Assembly: GCA_000165425.1 (NCBI GenBank)
Contig: CT868096.1
Coordinates: forward strand, 1 to 64,000
Length of the DNA: 64,000 bases
Direction of reading: 5' to 3'
DNA from: Paramecium tetraurelia
Taxonomy: Eukaryota
Shown here piece after piece: positions 54,376 to 64,000 of this stretch. A model generated the notes under the pieces. It saw only the letters and a list, made by a program, of their open reading frames with translations. It did no database searches and had not been told where the DNA came from. Position numbers and translations under genes: made by a program. Positions within the stretch are counted from its first letter, which is position 1. Every line of letters begins with the position of its first letter.

Positions 54376-55425
54376 TCATGCGTACTTTGGGCTCTATCCT
54401 GGCTTTTGCAATTAACCTAGTTGTTACTATTGCAATTAAGGTTAAACATTTCCTGTTGATGCTGGGTAGACTTATTACCATCCAGTTGAGTACTACTTTG
54501 TTGTTGTAGTAACCTATCCAACTCCTGGTTGGGCATATGCAGTTGCTGGTAAATAGCCTTAATTCTAGGGAACTTAACCATAGGTTGTAATTGGAGCTCC
54601 ATAGGTGGTTGTGGAGTAGGGTTGTGGGACATATTAAGAGGTTGTCACTGGAGCTGTCACGTATTGACTCTAAGTGGTTGGTACGAATTGGGTGGTGGCT
54701 TGGGCATATTGAACTGGCTACACTGTGGTCTAAGCATATTGAATTGGCTGGGTGTAGGTCTAGGCATATTGAATTGGGGCAGCTACTAAAATTAATATAA
54801 ATAAAATTTATTTACCTTAATACTATTGGGTTGTTTGGATTTATTAATAATCAACTGGTGCTTATATTACACTTTGTTTTGTCACTGCCTGGTACTCTGT
54901 TCTCTCCTTTATTGTCTCCACTGGTACGTATTCTGCGTAATTCATAACAATAATCAAATACCAATGTATTTCTCTTAGATCACTTAAGGAATGTGTTCAG
55001 TCACGTATTCCACTGCATAATAGTCAGTAATTTTTCTCTCTCTTGGCACATACTCGACCACCTCTTACATCACATACTCTGTCACTTCTTTTGTGTAGGG
55101 AACATATTCAATCCTAGATTCACCCTTGATTGCCTATTTTATTATTATTGATGATTACATTCCCTTAAGTGACAACTGGTCCACTTGATTACACCAATCC
55201 TTATTAAGCATACACTGGCTATTACAAATATTGGGGATTTGTAATTAATCCTGTCTGTTAAAGTGGAATTGGTTAGCCGTAAACTCCTGGCTGAATTTAA
55301 GAGCTTGCAGGAACCCAGTTTTGTTATGGCAAGTATGCTTCTGGAACCTATTATTAAGCAGTAGGAGGCAATTATGATGGTGTTGCCTTCTGAGCTGGAA
55401 GTTATGATGGACGAGGATTGTTCAT
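54376..55425 (-). CDS. Epiplasmin (cortical cytoskeleton protein)
   Basis: P/Q/V/Y-rich arms around the central domain IKGESRIEYVPY..ERKITDYYAVEY.TEHIPQV..EKYIEYVPVE..KERTEY; C-arm has 30-bp PIQYAQT repeats. Confidence 0.9.
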
Positions 55426-55727
55426 TAAATCTTAATTAATTTATTTTTAATTATTCAACAACTCAGCATTTTCAAATATAAATTATCTAGATCTCCTCAT
55501 TAATCGAAATATCTCTCATTAAATTACATCTCAAAATTCTACCCTTCCCTCACCAATCATTATAATTTTGTAAATTTTGAATTTCGATTATCAAAAATTC
55601 ACATTTATTAATCAAATAACACATACACACACCAACCATTCACATCTTCATTTAACTCATCAATAAGATATCAATCAAAAATATATTAGATATACTAATT
55701 AAAATTCATTAAAATAATTCATTGTAG

Positions 55728-56570
55728 TCATTGTTCAAACTAAATAAAGCCTGGAGTGTATACTAATTGCTAATATGAAGGCATCTCAGACATCAAAACC
55801 ATATTTAAATTTAAATGATCCTTAAACAACTTTTATATATGTTCATCTGGCTTCTTATTTACTATAACATCTTTAATTTCATAGTTAAACCTTTGTTTCA
55901 ACAATTAAATCAATGTTGTAAAATTATAAATTATATGACTATGGATCTCGTTGTAAAACTCTTGACAAAATGAATTTATAATCTCCTCATTCAGTTCACA
56001 TCTATAATCATAATTTCCTAATTTATATCTATTCTTTTTGTATAAGGTATCATTTAACTGCTTAAAATAAGGTAACATATTTGTATCAAAGCATAAGGGT
56101 AATTTATTAATCGGCTAAGTGTAAGTAAATTGTTCCACTCTTTAAAAGATAGGTACCTTTTTGAATTTGTGTAATTGTAAATATTTATAGAATTTGTCTT
56201 GGCAATCCAAATAGTTCAAAGGATATCCTATTCCTATCAAAAATGGATTCTCATTGGGCAATTTTAGTATTATATTTGTAAAATTATGTTTTTATATATA
56301 TAACATTAATTTTAATGAGAACTGTCTATTACGAGTTCTCAATAGTTTTCGATAATATCAATACAATCATAGATCTCTTCAAATGTATATGATAATTACT
56401 TTATATGAAGATATATATTATTATTTAAAATATCTATAGGGAAGGATATATGATTCTTTATAGATTAACATATCAATCTACTCTTAAAATAAAAAAAAAT
56501 GCTTAATAAAATGAGTAAGAAATAAGTTATACTAAATTACAAGAAATGAGAGTGAATTTTACTTAATTTT
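55728..56570 (-). CDS. Hypothetical protein (5' structure unresolved, possibly a pseudogene)
   Basis: Open frame from ~56330 to TGA 55728; upstream hydrophobic segment lies in another frame with no clear intron. Confidence 0.45.
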
Positions 56571-56632
56571 CATCACTCATACATTAAATAGAGAATGTGT
56601 CACCTGGTTTTGAATGAAGAAAAATTAATAAA

Positions 56633-57782
56633 TCATTCAATATATTATTCTAAAATTCCTTAATTCCATATTGCCTTGACCACAGTATCATTATTAGTTA
56701 TAAATTCACCTTCTCCATGTATCATGCCATCATCAAATTGACCCACATATTTTTCCTAATTTGACAAAACCAATGTGCCTGATCCGTGCATTTTGCCTCC
56801 TTCAAACTTACCTAATTGGATAGTCACATATAATACCTTCATAAAACTCCCATCCATTTCCAATATTTGTCATATTACTGTAATCATAAGATCCAGATAT
56901 ATTTTCGACCTACAAGTTTTTTAATTTTCCTTCTCCCTCATAGAAATTTTCTTTCCAATAACCAGCATACACTTCCTGTCCATCACTGTCTGTTAGGATT
57001 CCAAATCCACTTCTAGTTTAAGGAGGGAATCCTTATCCTCTATAAATGTAGCCATCCTCATATTGTAAGGCCAACTCTGAAACATAATAACAAGATCATA
57101 CCTTCAAGTTCTCCATCTCCCTCTCCCTCTTCATATTACTCTTGGTCCTTTGGGGGGGTTGGTTGTTTCATTTAACTTTCAATCTATTTTGGGACTTGTT
57201 TGTTTGGTGTGATGTTTGGTTAGACTTGTAGTTGATTTGGCTATTACTAAGGGATTTACTGTTATTTCGGTTGCTATTATTGGTGGTTTTGGATTTAGCC
57301 AGGTTGTGGTTTCTGTTGTGGTTAAGGCAAAGAGGTAGATTCTAAAATGATTAAAAAGATTTAATACTTTGCTATGGCTAATATGATTATTGAACATTGG
57401 CCTTTTGAATTCTCTCCATGACTTATTCATATGTCAAATACCCAGGTCTTGTGGGTGATTACAATTACTATTGTTGTGGTGGTTTATTTTATGGCTGTTA
57501 TTATTAAGATTGCATGGGATGATTTCTAGCAGGTGATGCAAATCCTCTGACGGGACTCTGAAAATTCTTGTTGGGTGATTGAATCGCTTAGCTTGCCATA
57601 GGGTGAGCAGGTGGAGGAATATTAGCTCTAGGAATTTGAAATCCATTGTAGGAGGAATAGAGGGGTTGTTGTGGATAGCTTTGTGGCACATAAGGTGGGT
57701 AGTATTAAGGTCTGTATGGCTAGGTTTAAGGGGGATATGGTGAACGAGGATAATATTGGGGTCTGCTGTATGGATAATACAT
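56633..57782 (-). CDS. MORN-repeat protein with P/Q/Y-rich N-terminus
   Basis: YAGYWKENFYEGEGKL, YEGKFEGGKMHGSGTL, YVGQFDDGMIHGEGEF; two tiny introns. Confidence 0.9.
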
Positions 57783-58016
57783 TAAAATAAAATTTTAAAA
57801 TATATATCTTTCTTATTTTTGCTTATAATCAATTAAAACATCCAATTTAACATTTTATTGCTTCTATATTATTTTCTGGAATTCGATCCCACTCCCTCGG
57901 TCCGAATATGTGATGCTCGCAAAAAGACATCAATTAATTGTAGTCTCCAACAAATTTATATTTCATTAAGAAATTAAAGGGCATTTTAATTTTTTAATAA
58001 TATCGTTAATTTTAAC

Positions 58017-59929
58017 ATGTACAGAAGATAAAACATAACAAGGAAACAAATTGATCACTACAGCTATTTACTAAACGAGGAAATAGGAAGAGGTTTTAGC
58101 AGCAAGGTTTACAAGGGAAAGGATGATGTTTCCCAAGAACTAGTTGCTGTCAAGGTGATCGATATGAAAATGATCAAATAATCAATTCACTCTTAATTAT
58201 TGAAAAATGAAATCAACGCTCTCCGTTCCTTCAATAGCAAACACATAATGAAATTGCATGATGTCTTTTAAACTCAGAACAACACTTATATCATCACAGA
58301 ATATTGTGACTCTGGAGATCTCAATAATTACATTCGTAAACGGGGGAGACTGGAAGAATAGGAAGCAATAAAAATACTCTAATGCGTAGTCTCAGCCATG
58401 GTGGAAATGAATAAAAAAGGTTTCATTCACAGAGACATCAAACCTGCCAACATCTTAATTGATCATTCAATCCCAAAACTAGCTGATTTTGGCTTTGCTG
58501 TTCCAGTCCATGAAGCTAGAGTCTAAGGCAGAAACTTCAATGTCGGAACTCCTCTTTACATGAGTCCACAGGCTTTGAGACAGTAAGGACATACAGAACA
58601 AGGGGATGTCTGGGCCATTGGAGTTGTATTTTATGAAATGCTTTTTGGGAGAACCCCATTCAATGGTCAATCAGAGGCTGCATTAATTTCAAATATCATG
58701 AACCAACCACTTCATCTCCCATCTCATCCATAGATCTCTTCCGCTGCCAAAGATTTTATCAGACAATGTTTAACTGTCGATGATGGAAGGAGAATGAGAG
58801 TGCGTGATATGGCTAACCATCAATTGATGAGGCAATCGACTGCCCCTTCTTAACCTCAATAACAATAACAACACCCACGATAATTACAGCAGAGACAAGC
58901 CATCACTCCTCCACCAGTTGAATAACAATAACAAAGAGTTAAAAGATCACTTAGTTAAGGCGGAAAACAAGACATCAGATATAGAGAAAACAAGGAAAAC
59001 TATTATTAGCAATAAAATCAACAACAACCTTAGAAGCCCACTTAGGTTGATAATAATAGATAACCATTATAACCATAATAATAGAATGTCTAAAGATCTA
59101 CCAGTTAACAATAGGTTCAAAAGCATTATATTAAATAAAAGACACAACCAGCTGAAGACATCAAACCTTTAGGAATATCAATGGAATGCAAAGTTAATAA
59201 CGATATTCTGTTTACTTAAGTTAATTTCTGTAGGTTCCTTTATAAGTTCTCCTCAAGTCTACTCTAGTGTAAAGTAATTAGCACTGAATTAAAAGATAAA
59301 TTGCTCTTTCTAATGGGTAAAAACATTGCAATCAAAATTACTAAACTTAATCTAATCACAGATAAGGAAAACAACTAGCCAAATGTCCTACAATTAGAGG
59401 ATTTCCCCATTTATAAAAAGACAGATTCCTATCATAAATTTTCTTAAGCAATCATTGAATACAACGATAAATATATGAAGTATTTTGATAAACTCCTCAA
59501 ACTATGCAATTCTAAATCAGGTATTTTATAGTAATAATAATTTAGAATTACAAAAAGACACCACTTTTGTTTGTCTTTTGAATCAGGATTTTACAGAAAC
59601 AGAAACATTTTATAGAATCACTTAACAATATATCAAATAAAGTTTGACTGAAATCAAAAATTATTTTAGGTCATAAAACCTATAAAACATCAATCTCGAT
59701 TCTCCAATTACAGATGAGGTAAATAACTAACTAACTAATCTAGATTCAATTGCCAGGATTGATATTATAAGGACTTAGCAATTATTACCTTTTGCTCCAA
59801 AAAGCAATTGAATACCTAAAGGATTATAAAGGATTTGTTAGAAGTACTCATACCGAATTAATGACTGATAAATCTTCAGAGGCTCTCACTTATGGGATAC
59901 TAGAATAATTAATGGTTAGATTGCTATGA
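58017..59929 (+). CDS. Ser/Thr protein kinase (ULK-like ciliate family)
   Basis: IGRGFSSKVY, VAVK, HRDIKPAN, DFG, GTPLYMSPQ, DVWAIG; Q-rich linker and helical C-terminus. Confidence 0.95.
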
Positions 59930-60138
59930 TAGTTAAAGTTATAATAATAAATATTAATTTCTTTTTGTAATTTTAGAGATCGTTTGAATAAAACCTTAGT
60001 CTATTTTAGACACCATTTCGATTGCAATTAACTCATATTTATTTATTCCAATTAAAAACACAGATTAAATTATTTAATTATTTTATAATTGATATTAATA
60101 TATTTATATCACAAACTAAATTTGACATGCTCACTTTT

Positions 60139-61109
60139 TCATTCTTTATCAATATTTTAGGGCTTTGAAGAAGGGTAGATAGGGACTTTTGTATAACCCT
60201 TCAATCCATATCCATAGTCTTTACTAGCTAAGCAATTACGATAATCTAACTTGTCACAAATTCATTGTTCATCATCTCGTTTAATTAGTATCTATTTTTT
60301 AATTCGACAACTTCTTTATATGATGCATCTGAATACGTATAGTCTTTAAATTTTGGTCTGTCGTATAAGCCTACAATTAAGATTCAAATTACTAAATTTA
60401 ACATCCATATTATATTGAGGAATATAATACTCTTTACTACCAAGCACATTATTTCGTACATATAATCTAAATATATTTTAACGTACTTTCTTTATTATTC
60501 TCTTTCAGTGTTCAATTTGTTAGCCAACTAAGATTATTAATTTACATTGTTTTGCAGTTTCTGATAATATTCATTTGCATCAGCTCTATTAGAATGGATT
60601 TCATAATTTTATGATTTTCTGGAGTTATGTTTAGAACTCAATTGAGGTTAATCCTATTGATAATTCTAATCCACTTCTGATTTTTTGATAATTTGATTTT
60701 GTTATTGTTAGTGTTATAAGAGACTTGATCTTTAAAATTGATCAATGGAATCCTCTACTAAATTTTCATTACGTTATGAGTGCCTCACTTTTTCTGGATT
60801 TACTGATTTAGATTGTAACAATTATGGTGAGCTCTTAAATTATTATTGCATTCCATTCCCAAACTACTGTTATTAGGCGTATTGGAAGTCAGAAAATAAT
60901 GGATTCCTCATTTTTATATCACTGGAAGTTGTCTTCAATTCTATTTATCATTTATATTAAATACTTTCATTACTCAGATAGGCTTATATATATTTGTCTG
61001 CTCCCACATTCCTCTCCTTTTTCAATACTCTTGGTCTAGTTCCTTTAAATGAATTTCAAAAATTACCTGGCAATTCTCCTAATTCCATCGAATAAACAGG
61101 CTCTTTCAT
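60139..61109 (-). CDS. Hypothetical Q-rich protein with several introns
   Basis: ATG 61109, GT..AG introns of 20-24 nt, ends DYGYGLKGYTKVPIYPSSKPQNIDKE. Confidence 0.7.
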
Positions 61110-61306
61110 TGATTAATAAATAATAATTAATTTAAATCAATTCATAATATTTCTAACTTGAATATCAGTTTGAGTCTCATTCTTGATTTCATATTGCTAA
61201 AATTAATCACATAACTTAATGGAATCATAAATAGAGAATAAAATAAAAGAATAGTTTATATATAATTAAATAAATTAGAGCAAATAAATTTTATTTATAA
61301 TTACAA

Positions 61307-62895
61307 ATGGGAAATTAAGTGTATTTTGCTAAAACAATTGATGCCTCGATTTTTAATCAACAAGCACCTTTAAACGCATAAATTCAACATCTTGGTGGAC
61401 AATTTTACTAGCACATCGAAAGAGTTGAACTGTATAAGCTGAAAAATGAAGTCACAAAATTCCCAACAATATTCGAAAAAAGAATAGCTAACTCTACCTC
61501 AGCTGAATAAGAGGGAAAATTACTCAATCTTCATAATTAAGCTTAAAGCTTGTATCATCCAAATTTAATCAAATATTATGGATTTTGTATTGACCCCTAA
61601 ATAACCACTAATTTGATCATTAGTAAATGGTATTATTAAGCACTTTATAAGACATCTAAAAATATTTGTGCTCATCACTTTTAATATAAATCTTTGATTC
61701 CAGAAAATAACTTATGGAAGGTATTAATATTAAATTATATTTATTTAGCTCCTGTATCAAATAGTTCAAGGACTTCAATTCTTAGAGAGTAAATAGTTCT
61801 GGCATCTGTAAATCCAACCTGATGCTATCTATTTAGATGACAATATGTAAGTTAGGTTGATTCCAATGGGAGTTTTAAGAATGATGAGTGGATATTCTCT
61901 TGTCCTTAACAAATAAGGATAGGCACTGCTTTCTCCAGAATTAATTGAATAATTAAGACTAAAAAATATCAACCCTGTTCACGATCCTTCTAAATCAGAT
62001 GTCTTTTCTTTAGGTATGACTATGTTAGAATTGATGACACTCAAAAGTAGTTTTGATTGCTATTCCTTCGATTCTAATCCCCCTTAATTACACGATCAAA
62101 CCATAGAAGAACGCTTGTAAGAATCAATTATGAATGGTTATTCTGAAGATTTAATCAGATTAACCAAAAACATGCTCCACAGAGATATGAATTATCGAAT
62201 TGGAATCAGAGATGTTTTAGTACATAATTATATTATATTCATAGAATTCTAAAGAACTAAACCAAAATTAACATAATCAAAGCGATCATTTTTTTCCTTT
62301 GAAACCAACAATAAATATGAATCCAAGATAATAGAATGTTATTTAGCAAGAGTAAAAGCCCTTAATATAACCTTCTATTCCAGCAATAGTAGAATAACAG
62401 ATTCCTCCCTAAAATCATACTGCTTGCTTCAATCCTCATCTTCAATAAGATAGTATTTCCCATTTTCAACAATCATACTCTTTTAGAGAGAAAACAGATG
62501 AAGAATTGCTTTTAAGAGAATAATAAATAAATAGATAATTAGAATAATAATTAAAATAACAGCAAATATTATTATAATAATAATATTAATAACAATAAAA
62601 ATAATAGTAAATCATTGAAGAATAGTAAAGACAAATATTTTCACTTTAATAGCAAATTAAATAGATTGCAAATCAGCTAGAAGAAAGTCAAATAAAACCT
62701 ACTGAAATATTAAGTTCTTAAAATTAACAAGACAATCTCAATTATCAAATCAACTTGCTCCCAACTCCTCCAATTACTTATGCAAGCCCAATTAAGCACA
62801 CCTTAAATGACTTTACCGAAAATATTGAGATTCAGAACAGAGTGAACTAAGTCTTAGCTCAATCAAGATAAGCATTAAGTAGATATTAAAATTGA
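61307..62895 (+). CDS. Pseudokinase with N-myristoylation-like start and Q-rich tail
   Basis: MGNQ start; HPNLIKYYG, LLSPE, KSDVFSLGMTMLEL present, but HRD replaced by WHLQIQP and DFG by IPMG. Confidence 0.85.
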
Positions 62896-62936
62896 TTAAT
62901 TATAAAATAATTGAACAAATTTACTAGTGTATGATT

Positions 62937-64000
62937 ATGGGTAATAATCAAACTCTTATTCTTGAACATTCAACATCTCAAATTCTTAGGCTTAGATAGA
63001 ATAAGAAAAAGTTTAATATTTTCATACATACTAAATATTTTTATAAAAGTATGAACCTTATATTAATAATACACTAGTGAAAATAATTCATTTTATAAAA
63101 TTCATTAAAAATGATCTTAGAATCTAAAATTATTGCTATTCCCATAAGACTGCAATTAAATAAAAAAATTCCCTATTATTATTATCAAATAATTTTTGTT
63201 GAAGTAGTAGTTTCAAATACTATTATAAGTGGGTTAAGTATTATATTATCATTTAGATTTGAAATTTATTCATAAGTAGAAAAATATATAATTTTTCTAC
63301 ACTACTTGCTTACTTATTCAACTAATAGTTTTAATACATTATAAAATACATTTTATAGTACTGAAGATAATTATTCTGTATCCTATGAACAAGCAATAGC
63401 TATTTAATTCTTTGGAAAATTATCTCGATTAGTTATTAATCAGTTTTATATGGGAATATTTTTTATTTGATAATTGTTGTATTCACCCTACAATTGTCAT
63501 ATCATATCAGTATTTTTATTTTTGATAAACCCAAATGAATTGTGATAATAACAATACTCTATTCCTCTTAGTCCTATTTTATTGAAATGAATTTTTTATC
63601 ATATTATTTTTAATGCAACACTAATTAAGTTGTTATTTTTAATTTGAAAAAAGTAGAAACAAAATACTCACAATGCATTTAATAATTTGAACTTCTTCTT
63701 TTTTTATAGTAATTCGATAATAGATATGCATATAGATACCAGTTCTACATAATTTAGTAAATAAAAACACATATGTACAATTTTGAGTTTAAATGAAAGC
63801 ATTTTTATTGTATGATAAAATGTGAAGAAATTAATAAGAACTTTAAATATCATATGCAAACAAATTAAAACAGGTTAGATATCGAAAGCTAATTAAGATC
63901 GTAGACTAGGACAGTTAATATTATAAATTGAGATGAGTTGTTGATTAAGTAATAAGTACATTATTTTACATTATTTTATTAATAAATATTTTCGTATTAA
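62937..64000 (+). pseudogene. Decayed kinase-like gene, possibly related to the upstream pseudokinase
   Basis: MGNNQ start; residual IHPT and PLSPILL segments; multiple TGAs and frameshifts. Confidence 0.35.

Noticed and set aside
57875..57950. B-box/T-arm-like GGAATTCGATCCCAC in a divergent promoter
   Set aside because: T-stem does not pair and no cloverleaf can be built.

Overview
AT-rich eukaryotic DNA from a ciliate, almost certainly Paramecium macronuclear-type sequence. TAA/TAG read as Gln, only TGA stops, introns are 20-30 nt GT..AG, and many intergenic gaps are tens of bp. The supplied standard-code ORF track is therefore largely misleading; all calls are manual translations with code 6. 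The window has two zones. Zone 1 (1-19.2 kb) looks subtelomeric: a ~7.3-kb NLR-like NACHT/pentapeptide/WD40 (NWD) gene with near-identical, site-hypervariable 126-bp WD repeats and an N-terminal [10 protein letters not shown] motif. Next to it lie a heavily decayed non-LTR retrotransposon (APE+RT motifs) and several gene relics. Zone 2 (19.2-64 kb) is dense housekeeping territory: Rab11-like GTPase, LRR protein, Tubby protein, C2H2 protein, a tandem pair of EF-hand-like/CaaX paralogues head-to-head with an IP3R/RyR-family Ca2+-release channel with a non-canonical filter, WD40 protein, SCO1, hybrid histidine kinase, CxxC-less thioredoxin-fold protein, tRNA-Gly(GCC), methyltransferase, cathepsin D-like protease, epiplasmin, MORN protein, a Ser/Thr kinase and a pseudokinase with a decayed neighbour. 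Coordinates were read by hand; starts, introns and relic boundaries may be off by a few bases.
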